From the NCBI GenBank assembly GCA_964057225.1, contig OZ059899.1:7502001-7566000 (forward strand): 64,000 nucleotides of DNA, read 5' to 3'. Positions 13,601 to 25,600 of this stretch are shown piece after piece. Numbering within the stretch: position 1 is the stretch's first letter; each line of letters starts with the position of its first letter. The position numbers and the translations under genes are program-made. Source of the DNA: Auanema rhodensis. Taxonomy: Eukaryota; Animalia; Nematoda. The notes under the pieces were generated by a model. That model was not told the origin of the DNA and did no database searches. It saw only the letters and a list, made by a program, of their open reading frames with translations.

Positions 13601-16600
13601 AGTAGTGGACGTTGGCTGTTCACTTGTGGCTTGAGCTTCAGTAGTGGACGTTGGCTGTTCACTAGTGGTTAGAGCTTCAGTAGTTGACATTGGTTGTTCA
13701 CTAGTTGTTGGAGCTTCAGTAGTAGACGTTGGCTGTTCACTTGTGGCTTGAGCTTCAGTAGTTGACATTGGTTGTTCACTAGTTGTTGGAGCTTTAGTAG
13801 TAGACGTTGGCTGTTCACTTGTGGCTTGAGCTTCAGTAGTTGACATTGGTTGTTCACTAGTTGTTGGAGCTTCAGTAGTAGACGTTGGCTGTTCACTTGT
13901 GGCTTGAGCTTCAGTAGTTGACATTGGTTGTTCACTAGTTGTTGGAGCTTCAGTAGTAGACGTTGGCTGTTCACTTGTGGATTGAGCTTCAGTAGTTGAC
14001 ATTGGTTGTTCACTAGTTGTTGGAGCTTCAGTAGTAGACGTTGGCTCTTCACTTGTGGCTTGAGCTTCAGTAGTGGACGTTGGCTGTTCACTTGTGGCTT
14101 GAGCTTCAGTAGTAGACGTTGGCTGTTCACTAGTTGTTGGAGCTTCTGTAGTGGACGTTGGCTGTTCACTAGTGGTTAGAGCTTCAGTTGACATTGGTTG
14201 TTCACTAGTTATTGGAGCTTCAGTAGTAGACGTTGGCTGTTCACTTGTGGATTGAGCTTCAGTAGTTGACATTGGTTGTTCACTAGTTGTTGGAGCTTCA
14301 GTAGTAGACGTTGGCTGTTCACTTGTGGATTGAGCTTCAGTTGACATTGGTTGTTCACTAGTTATTGGAGCTTCAGTAGTAGACGTTGGCTGTTCACTTG
14401 TGGATTGAGCTTCAGTAGTTGACATTGGTTGTTCACTAGTTGTTGGAGCTTCAGTAGTAGACGTTGGCTCTTCACTTGTGGCTTGAGCTTCAGTAGTGGA
14501 CGTTGGCTGTTCACTTGTGGCTTGAGCTTCAGTAGTAGACGTTGGCTGTTCACTAGTTGTTGGAGCTTCAGTAGTAGACGTTAGTTGTTCACTAGTTGTT
14601 GGAGCTTCTGTAGTGGACGTTAGTTGTTCACTAGTAGTTGGACCTTCAGTAGTAGACGTTGGCTCTTCACTTGTGGCTTGAGCTTCAGTAGTGGACGTTG
14701 GCTGTTCACTAGTGGTTGGAGCTTCAGTAGTTGACATTGGTTGTTCACTAGTTATTGGAGCTTCAGTAGTAGACGTTGGCTGTTCAGTTGTGTATTGAGC
14801 TTCTGTAGTGGACGTTGGTTGTTCACTAGTTGTTGGAGCTTCTGTAGTGGACGTTAGTTGTTCACTAGTAGTTGGACCTTCAGTAGTAGACGTTGGCTGT
14901 TCAGTTGTGTATTGAGCTTCTGTAGTGGACGTTGGTTGTTCACTAGTTGTTGGAGCTTCTGTAGTGGACGTTAGTTGTTCACTAGTTGTTGGAGCTTCTG
15001 TACTGGACGTTAGTTGTTCACTAGTTGTTGGAGCTTCTGTAGTGGACGTTAGTTGTTCACTAGTTGTTGGAGCTTGTGTAGTAGACGTTGGCTGTTCACT
15101 TGTGGATTGAGCTTCAGTAGTTGACATTGGTTGTTCACTAGTTGTTGGAGCTTCAGTAGTAGACGTTGGCTGTTCACTTGTGGCTTGAGCTTCAGTAGTA
15201 GACGTTGGCTGTTCACTAGTTGTTAGAGCTTCAGTAGTTGACATTGGTTGTTCACTAGTTGTGGGAGCTTCTGTAGTGGACGTTAGTTGTTCACTACTTG
15301 TTGGAGCTTCTGTAGTGGACGTTGGTTGTTCACTAGTTATTGGAGCTTCAGTAGTAGACGTTGGCTGTTCACTTGTGGATTGAGCTTCAGTTGTTGACAT
15401 TGGTTGTTCACTAGTTGTTGGAGCTTCTGTAGTGGACGTTGGCTGTTCACTAGTGGTTAGAGCTTCAGTTGACATTGGTTGTTCACTAGTTATTGGAGCT
15501 TCAGTAGTAGACGTTGGCTGTTCACTTGTGGATTGAGCTTCAGTAGTGGACGTTGGCTGTTCACTTGTGGCTTGAGCTTCAGTAGTGGACGTTGGCTGTT
15601 CACTAGTGGTTAGAGCTTCAGTAGTTGACATTGGTTGTTCACTAGTTGTTGGAGCTTCAGTAGTAGACGTTGGCTGTTCACTTGTGGCTTGAGCTTCAGT
15701 AGTTGACATTGGTTGTTCACTAGTTGTTGGAGCTTTAGTAGTAGACGTTGGCTGTTCACTTGTGGCTTGAGCTTCAGTAGTTGACATTGGTTGTTCACTA
15801 GTTGTTGGAGCTTCAGTAGTAGACGTTGGCTGTTCACTTGTGGCTTGAGCTTCAGTAGTTGACATTGGTTGTTCACTAGTTGTTGGAGCTTCAGTAGTAG
15901 ACGTTGGCTGTTCACTTGTGGATTGAGCTTCAGTAGTTGACATTGGTTGTTCACTAGTTGTTGGAGCTTCAGTAGTAGACGTTGGCTCTTCACTTGTGGC
16001 TTGAGCTTCAGTAGTGGACGTTGGCTGTTCACTTGTGGCTTGAGCTTCAGTAGTAGACGTTGGCTGTTCACTAGTTGTTGGAGCTTCTGTAGTGGACGTT
16101 GGCTGTTCACTAGTGGTTAGAGCTTCAGTTGACATTGGTTGTTCACTAGTTATTGGAGCTTCAGTAGTAGACGTTGGCTGTTCACTTGTGGATTGAGCTT
16201 CAGTAGTTGACATTGGTTGTTCACTAGTTGTTGGAGCTTCAGTAGTAGACGTTGGCTGTTCACTTGTGGATTGAGCTTCAGTTGACATTGGTTGTTCACT
16301 AGTTATTGGAGCTTCAGTAGTAGACGTTGGCTGTTCACTTGTGGATTGAGCTTCAGTAGTTGACATTGGTTGTTCACTAGTTGTTGGAGCTTCAGTAGTA
16401 GACGTTGGCTCTTCACTTGTGGCTTGAGCTTCAGTAGTGGACGTTGGCTGTTCACTTGTGGCTTGAGCTTCAGTAGTAGACGTTGGCTGTTCACTAGTTG
16501 TTGGAGCTTCAGTAGTAGACGTTAGTTGTTCACTAGTTGTTGGAGCTTCTGTAGTGGACGTTAGTTGTTCACTAGTAGTTGGACCTTCAGTAGTAGACGT

Positions 16601-19600
16601 TGGCTCTTCACTTGTGGCTTGAGCTTCAGTAGTGGACGTTGGCTGTTCACTAGTGGTTGGAGCTTCAGTAGTTGACATTGGTTGTTCACTAGTTATTGGA
16701 GCTTCAGTAGTAGACGTTGGCTGTTCAGTTGTGTATTGAGCTTCTGTAGTGGACGTTGGTTGTTCACTAGTTGTTGGAGCTTCTGTAGTGGACGTTAGTT
16801 GTTCACTAGTAGTTGGACCTTCAGTAGTAGACGTTGGCTGTTCAGTTGTGTATTGAGCTTCTGTAGTGGACGTTGGTTGTTCACTAGTTGTTGGAGCTTC
16901 TGTAGTGGACGTTAGTTGTTCACTAGTTGTTGGAGCTTCTGTACTGGACGTTAGTTGTTCACTAGTTGTTGGAGCTTCTGTAGTGGACGTTAGTTGTTCA
17001 CTAGTTGTTGGAGCTTGTGTAGTAGACGTTGGCTGTTCACTTGTGGATTGAGCTTCAGTAGTTGACATTGGTTGTTCACTAGTTGTTGGAGCTTCAGTAG
17101 TAGACGTTGGCTGTTCACTTGTGGCTTGAGCTTCAGTAGTAGACGTTGGCTGTTCACTAGTTGTTAGAGCTTCAGTAGTTGACATTGGTTGTTCACTAGT
17201 TGTGGGAGCTTCTGTAGTGGACGTTAGTTGTTCACTACTTGTTGGAGCTTCTGTAGTGGACGTTGGTTGTTCACTAGTTGTTGGAGCTTCTGTAGTGGAC
17301 GTTAGTTGTTCACTAGTTGTTGGAGCTTCTGTAGTGGACGTTAGTTGTTCACTAGTTATTGGAGCTTCAGTAGTAGACGTTGGCTGTTCACTTGTGGATT
17401 GAGCTTCAGTAGTTGACATTGGTTGTTCACTAGTTGTTGGAGCTTTAGTAGTGGACGTTGGCTGTTCACTAGTGGTTGGAGCTTCAGTTGACATTGGTTG
17501 TTCACTAGTTATTGGAGCTTCAGTAGTAGACGTTGGCTGTTCACTTGTGGCTTGAGCTTCAGTAGTAGACGTTGGCTGTTCACTAGTTGTTAGAGCTTCA
17601 GTAGTAGACGTTGGCTGTTCACTAGTTGTTAGAGCTTCAGTAGTTGACATTGGTAGTTCACTAGTTATTGGAGCTTCAGTAGTGGACGTTGGCTGTTCAC
17701 TAGTGGTTGGAGCTTCAGTAGTAGACGTTGGCTCTTCACTTGTGGCTTGAGCATCAGTAGTGGACGTTGGCTGTTCACTAGTGGTTAGAGCTTCAGTAGT
17801 TGACATTGGTAGTTCACTAGTTATTGGAGCTTCAGTAGTGAACGTTGGCTGTTCACTAGTGATTGGAGCTTCAGTAGTGGACGTTGGCTGTTCACTTGTG
17901 GCTTTAGCTTCAGTAGTGGACGTTGGCTGTTCACTAGTGGTTAGAGCTTCAGTAGTTGACATTGGTTGTTCACTAGTTGTTGGAGCTTCAGTAGTTGACA
18001 TTGGTTGTTCACTAGTTGTTGGAGCTTCAGTAGTAGACGTTGGCTGTTCACTTGTGGCTTGAGCTTCAGTAGTTGACATTGGTTGTTCACTAGTTGTTGG
18101 AGCTTCAGTAGTAGACGTTGGCTGTTCACTTGTGGCTTGAGCTTCAGTAGTTGACATTGGTTGTTCACTAGTTGTTGGAGCTTCAGTAGTAGACGTTGGC
18201 TGTTCACTTGTGGCTTGAGCTTCAGTAGTTGACATTGGTTGTTCACTAGTTGTTGGAGCTTCAGTAGTAGACGTTGGCTGTTCACTTGTGGCTTGAGCTT
18301 CAGTAGTAGACGTTGGCTGTTCACTAGTTGTTAGAGCTTCAGTAGTTGACATTGGTTGTTCACTAGTTGTGGGAGCTTCTGTAGTGGACGTTAGTTGTTC
18401 ACTACTTGTTGGAGCTTCTGTAGTGGACGTTGGTTGTTCACTAGTTGTTGGAGCTTCTGTAGTGGACGTTAGTTGTTCACTAGTTGTTGGAGCTTCTGTA
18501 GTGGACGTTAGTTGTTCACTAGTTATTGGAGCTTCAGTAGTAGACGTTGGCTGTTCACTTGTGGATTGAGCTTCAGTAGTTGACATTGGTTGTTCACTAG
18601 TTGTTGGAGCTTTAGTAGTGGACGTTGGCTGTTCACTAGTGGTTGGAGCTTCAGTTGACATTGGTTGTTCACTAGTTATTGGAGCTTCAGTAGTAGACGT
18701 TGGCTGTTCACTTGTGGCTTGAGCTTCAGTAGTAGACGTTGGATGTTCACTAGTTGTTAGAGCTTCAGTAGTAGACGTTGGCTGTTCACTAGTTGTTAGA
18801 GCTTCAGTAGTTGACATTGGTAGTTCACTAGTTATTGGAGCTTCAGTAGTGGACGTTGGCTGTTCACTAGTGGTTGGAGCTTCAGTAGTAGACGTTGGCT
18901 CTTCACTTGTGGCTTGAGCATCAGTAGTGGACGTTGGCTGTTCACTAGTGGTTAGAGCTTCAGTAGTTGACATTGGTAGTTCACTAGTTATTGGAGCTTC
19001 AGTAGTGAACGTTGGCTGTTCACTAGTGATTGGAGCTTCAGTAGTGGACGTTGGCTGTTCACTTGTGGCTTTAGCTTCAGTAGTGGACGTTGGCTGTTCA
19101 CTAGTGGTTAGAGCTTCAGTAGTTGACATTGGTTGTTCACTAGTTGTTGGAGCTTCAGTAGTTGACATTGGTTGTTCACTAGTTGTTGGAGCTTCAGTAG
19201 TAGACGTTGGCTGTTCACTTGTGGCTTGAGCTTCAGTAGTTGACATTGGTTGTTCACTAGTTGTTGGAGCTTCAGTAGTAGACGTTGGCTGTTCACTTGT
19301 GGCTTGAGCTTCAGTAGTTGACATTGGTTGTTCACTAGTTGTTGGAGCTTCAGTAGTAGACGTTGGCTGTTCACTTGTGGCTTGAGCTTCAGTAGTTGAC
19401 ATTGGTTGTTCACTAGTTGTTGGAGCATCAGTAGTGGACGTTGGCTGTTCACTAGTGGTTAGAGCTTCAGTAGTTGACATTGGTTGTTCACTAGTTGTTG
19501 GAGCTTCAGTAGTAGACGTTGGCTGTTCACTTGTGGATTGAGCTTCAGTAGTGGACGTTGGCTCTTCACTTGTGGCTTGAGCTTCAGTAGTGGACGTTGG

Positions 19601-22600
19601 CTGTTCACTTGTGGCTTGAGCTTCAGTAGTGGACGTTGGCTGTTCACTAGTGGTTAGAGCTTCAGTAGTTAACATTGGTTGTTCACTAGTTGTTGGAGCT
19701 TCAGTAGTGGACGTTAGTTGTTCACTAGTTATTGGAGCTTCAGTAGTAGACGTTGGCTGTTCACTTGTGGATTGAGCTTCAGTAGTTGACATTGGTTGTT
19801 CACTAGTTGTTGGAGCTTCAGTAGTAGACGTTGGCTGTTCACTTGTGGATTGAGCTTCAGTAGTGGACGTTGGCTGTTCACTTGTGGCTTGAGCTTCAGT
19901 AGTGGACGTTGGCTGTTCACTAGTGGTTAAAGCTTCAGTAGTTGACATTGGTTGTTCACTAGTTGTTGGAGCTTCAGTAGTAGACGTTGGCTGTTCACTT
20001 GTGGCTTGAGCTTCAGTAGTGGACGTTGGCTCTTCACTTGTGGCTTGAGCTTCAGTAGTGGACGTTGGCTGTTCACTAGTGGTTGGAGCTTCAGAAGTTG
20101 ACAGTGGTTGTTCACTAGTTATTGGAGCTTCAGTAGTAGACGTTGGCTGTTCACTAGTGGTTAGAGCTTCAGTTGACATTGGTTGTTCACTAGTTATTGG
20201 AGCTTCAGTAGTAGACGTTGGCTGTTCACTTGTGGATTGAGCTTCAGTAGTTGACATTGGTTGTTCACTAGTTGTTGGAGCTTCAGTAGTAGACGTTGGC
20301 TCTTCACTTGTGGCTTGAGCTTCAGTAGTAGACGTTGGCTCTTCACTTGTGGCTTGAGCTTCAGTAGTGGACGTTGGCTGTTCACTAGTGGTTGGAGCTT
20401 CAGAAGTTGACAGTGGTTGTTCACTAGTTATTGGAGCTTCAGTAGTAGACGTTGGCTGTTCACTTGTGAATTGAGCTTCAGTTGTTGACATTGGTTGTTC
20501 ACTAGTTGTTGGAGCTTCAGTAGTAGACGTTGGCTGTTCACTTGTGGCTTGAGCTTCAGTAGTTGACATTGGTTGTTCACTAGTTGTTGGATCTTCAGTA
20601 GTAGACGTTGGCTGTTCACTAGTTATTGGAGCTTCAGTAGTGGACGTTGGCTGTTCAGTTGTGGATTGAGCTTCTGTAGTGGACGTTGGTTGTTCACTAG
20701 TTGTTGGAGCTTCTGTAGTAGACGTTGGCTCTTCACTTGTGGCTTGAGCTTCAGTAGTGGACGTTGGCTGTTCACTTGTGGCTTGAGCTTCAGTAGTGGA
20801 CGTTGGCTGTTCACTAGTGGTTAGAGCTTCAGTAGTTGACATTGGTTGTTCACTAGTTGTTGGAGCTTCAGTAGTAGACGTTGGCTGTTCACTGGTGGTT
20901 AGAGCTTCAGTAGTAGACGTTGGCTGTTCACTGGTGGTTAGAGCTTCAGTAGTTGACATTGGTTGTTCACTAGTTGTTGGAGCTTCAGTAGTTGACATTG
21001 GTTGTTCACTAGTTGTTGGAGCTTCAGTAGTAGACGTTGGCTGTTCACTAGTGGTTAGAGCTTCAGTAGTTGACATTGGTTGTTCACTAGTTGTTGGAGC
21101 TTCAGTAGTTGACATTGGTTGTTCACTAGTTGTTGGAGCTTCAGTAGTTGACATTGGTTGTTCACTAGTTGTTGGAGCTTCAGTAGTAGACGTTGGCTGT
21201 TCACTGGTGGTTAGAGCTTCAGTAGTTGACATTGGTTGTTCACTAGTGGTTAGAGCTTCAGTAGTTGACATTGGTTGTTCACTAGTTGTTGGAGCTTCAG
21301 TAGTAGACGTTGGCTGTTCACTAGTGGTTAGAGCTTCAGTAGTTGACATTGGTTGTTCACTAGTTGTTGGAGCTTCAGTAGTTGACATTGGTTGTTCACT
21401 AGTTGTTGGAGCTTCAGTAGTTGACATTGGTTGTTCACTAGTTGTTGGAGCTTCAGTAGTAGACGTTGGCTGTTCACTAGTGGTTAGAGCTTCAGTAGTA
21501 GACGTTGGCTGTTCACTTGTGGCTTGAGCTTCAGTAGTTGACATTGGTTGTTCACTAGTTGTTGGAGCTTCAGTAGTAGACATTGGTTGTTCACTAGTTG
21601 TTGGAGCTTCAGTAGTAGACGTTGGCTGTTCACTAGTTGTTGGAGCTTCAGTAGTGGACGTTGGCTGTTCACTAGTGGTTAGAGCTTCAGTAGTTGACAT
21701 TGGTTGTTCACTAGTTGTTGGAGCTTCAGTAGTAGACGTTGGCTGTTCACTTGTGGCTTGAGCATCAGTAGTGGACGTTGGCTGTTCACTTGTGGCTTGA
21801 GCTTCAGTAGTTGACATTGGTAGTTCACTAGTTATTGGAGCTTCTGTAGTGGACGTTGGCTGTTCACTAGTGATTGGAGCTTCAGTAGTGGACGTTGGCT
21901 GTTCACTTGTGGCTTTAGCTTCAGTAGTGGACGTTGGCTGTTCACTAGTGGTTAGAGCTTCAGTAGTTGACATTGGTTGTTCACTAGTTGTTGGAGCTTC
22001 AGTAGTTGACATTGGTTGTTCACTAGTTGTTGGAGCTTCAGTAGTAGACGTTGGCTGTTCACTTGTGGCTTGAGCTTCAGTAGTTGACATTGGTTGTTCA
22101 CTAGTTGTTGGAGCTTCAGTAGTAGACGTTGGCTGTTCACTTGTGGCTTGAGCTTCAGTAGTTGACATTGGTTGTTCACTAGTTGTTGGAGCTTCAGTAG
22201 TAGACGTTGGCTGTTCACTTGTGGCTTGAGCTTCAGTAGTTGACATTGGTTGTTCACTAGTTGTTGGAGCATCAGTAGTGGACGTTGGCTGTTCACTAGT
22301 GGTTAGAGCTTCAGTAGTTGACATTGGTTGTTCACTAGTTGTTGGAGCTTCAGTAGTAGACGTTGGCTGTTCACTTGTGGATTGAGCTTCAGTAGTGGAC
22401 GTTGGCTCTTCACTTGTGGCTTGAGCTTCAGTAGTGGACGTTGGCTGTTCACTTGTGGCTTGAGCTTCAGTAGTGGACGTTGGCTGTTCACTAGTGGTTA
22501 GAGCTTCAGTAGTTAACATTGGTTGTTCACTAGTTGTTGGAGCTTCAGTAGTGGACGTTAGTTGTTCACTAGTTATTGGAGCTTCAGTAGTAGACGTTGG

Positions 22601-25600
22601 CTGTTCACTTGTGGATTGAGCTTCAGTAGTTGACATTGGTTGTTCACTAGTTGTTGGAGCTTCAGTAGTAGACGTTGGCTGTTCACTTGTGGATTGAGCT
22701 TCAGTAGTGGACGTTGGCTGTTCACTTGTGGCTTGAGCTTCAGTAGTGGACGTTGGCTGTTCACTAGTGGTTAAAGCTTCAGTAGTTGACATTGGTTGTT
22801 CACTAGTTGTTGGAGCTTCAGTAGTAGACGTTGGCTGTTCACTTGTGGCTTGAGCTTCAGTAGTGGACGTTGGCTCTTCACTTGTGGCTTGAGCTTCAGT
22901 AGTGGACGTTGGCTGTTCACTAGTGGTTGGAGCTTCAGAAGTTGACAGTGGTTGTTCACTAGTTATTGGAGCTTCAGTAGTAGACGTTGGCTGTTCACTA
23001 GTGGTTAGAGCTTCAGTTGACATTGGTTGTTCACTAGTTATTGGAGCTTCAGTAGTAGACGTTGGCTGTTCACTTGTGGATTGAGCTTCAGTAGTTGACA
23101 TTGGTTGTTCACTAGTTGTTGGAGCTTCAGTAGTAGACGTTGGCTCTTCACTTGTGGCTTGAGCTTCAGTAGTAGACGTTGGCTCTTCACTTGTGGCTTG
23201 AGCTTCAGTAGTGGACGTTGGCTGTTCACTAGTGGTTGGAGCTTCAGAAGTTGACAGTGGTTGTTCACTAGTTATTGGAGCTTCAGTAGTAGACGTTGGC
23301 TGTTCACTTGTGAATTGAGCTTCAGTTGTTGACATTGGTTGTTCACTAGTTGTTGGAGCTTCAGTAGTAGACGTTGGCTGTTCACTTGTGGCTTGAGCTT
23401 CAGTAGTTGACATTGGTTGTTCACTAGTTGTTGGATCTTCAGTAGTAGACGTTGGCTGTTCACTAGTTATTGGAGCTTCAGTAGTGGACGTTGGCTGTTC
23501 AGTTGTGGATTGAGCTTCTGTAGTGGACGTTGGTTGTTCACTAGTTGTTGGAGCTTCTGTAGTAGACGTTGGCTCTTCACTTGTGGCTTGAGCTTCAGTA
23601 GTGGACGTTGGCTGTTCACTTGTGGCTTGAGCTTCAGTAGTGGACGTTGGCTGTTCACTAGTGGTTAGAGCTTCAGTAGTTGACATTGGTTGTTCACTAG
23701 TTGTTGGAGCTTCAGTAGTAGACGTTGGCTGTTCACTGGTGGTTAGAGCTTCAGTAGTAGACGTTGGCTGTTCACTGGTGGTTAGAGCTTCAGTAGTTGA
23801 CATTGGTTGTTCACTAGTTGTTGGAGCTTCAGTAGTTGACATTGGTTGTTCACTAGTTGTTGGAGCTTCAGTAGTAGACGTTGGCTGTTCACTAGTGGTT
23901 AGAGCTTCAGTAGTTGACATTGGTTGTTCACTAGTTGTTGGAGCTTCAGTAGTTGACATTGGTTGTTCACTAGTTGTTGGAGCTTCAGTAGTTGACATTG
24001 GTTGTTCACTAGTTGTTGGAGCTTCAGTAGTAGACGTTGGCTGTTCACTGGTGGTTAGAGCTTCAGTAGTTGACATTGGTTGTTCACTAGTGGTTAGAGC
24101 TTCAGTAGTTGACATTGGTTGTTCACTAGTTGTTGGAGCTTCAGTAGTAGACGTTGGCTGTTCACTAGTGGTTAGAGCTTCAGTAGTTGACATTGGTTGT
24201 TCACTAGTTGTTGGAGCTTCAGTAGTTGACATTGGTTGTTCACTAGTTGTTGGAGCTTCAGTAGTTGACATTGGTTGTTCACTAGTTGTTGGAGCTTCAG
24301 TAGTAGACGTTGGCTGTTCACTAGTGGTTAGAGCTTCAGTAGTAGACGTTGGCTGTTCACTTGTGGCTTGAGCTTCAGTAGTTGACATTGGTTGTTCACT
24401 AGTTGTTGGAGCTTCAGTAGTAGACATTGGTTGTTCACTAGTTGTTGGAGCTTCAGTAGTAGACGTTGGCTGTTCACTAGTTGTTGGAGCTTCAGTAGTG
24501 GACGTTGGCTGTTCACTAGTGGTTAGAGCTTCAGTAGTTGACATTGGTTGTTCACTAGTTGTTGGAGCTTCAGTAGTAGACGTTGGCTGTTCACTAGTTG
24601 TTGGAGCTTCAGTAGTAGACCTTGGCTGTTCACTTGTGGCTTGAGCTTCAGTAGTTGACATTGGTTGTTCACTAGTTGTTGGAGCTTCTGTAGTGGACGT
24701 TAGTTGTTCACTAGTTGTTGGAGCTTCTGTAGTGGACGTTAGTTGTTCACTAGTTGTTGGAGCTTCTGTAGTGGACGTTAGTTGTTCACTAGTTGTTGGA
24801 GCTTCTGTAGTGGACGTTAGTTGTTCACTAGTTGTTGGAGCTTCTGTAGTGGACGTTAGTTGTTCACTAGTTGTTGGAGCTTCTGTAGTGGACGTTAGTT
24901 GTTCACTAGTTGTTGGAGCTTCTGTAGTGGACGTTAGTTGTTCACTAGTTGTTGGAGCTTCTGTAGTGGACATTAGTGGTTCACTAGTTGTTGGAGCTTC
25001 AGTAGTGGACGTTAGTTGTTCACTAGTTGTTGGAGCTTCTGTAGTGGACGTTAGTTGTTCACTAGTTGTTGGAGCTTCTGTAGTGGACGTTAGTTGTTCA
25101 CTAGTTGTTGGAGCTTCTGTAGTGGACATTAGTTGTTCACTAGTTGTTGGAGCTTCTGTAGTGGACATTAGTGGTTCACTAGTTGTTGGAGCTTCTGTAG
25201 TGGACATTAGTGGTTCACTAGTTGTTGGAGCTTCTGTAGTGGACATTAGTGGTTCACTAGTTGTTGGAGCTTCTGTAGTGGACGTTAGTTGTTCACTAGT
25301 TGTTGGAGCTTCTGTAGTGGACGTTAGTTGTTCACTAGTTGTTGGAGCTTCAGTAGTAGACGTTGGCTGTTCACTAGTTGTTGGAGCTTCAGTAGTGGAC
25401 GTTGGCTGTTCACTAGTGGTTAGAGCTTCAGTAGTTGACATTGGTTGTTCACTAGTGGTTAGAGCTTCAGTAGTAGACGTTGGCTGTTCACTTGTGGCTT
25501 GAGCTTCAGTAGTTGACGTTAGTTGTTCACTTGTGGCTTGAGCTTCAGTAGTTGACATTGGTTGTTCACTAGTTGTTGGAGCTTCTGTAGTGGACGTTAG

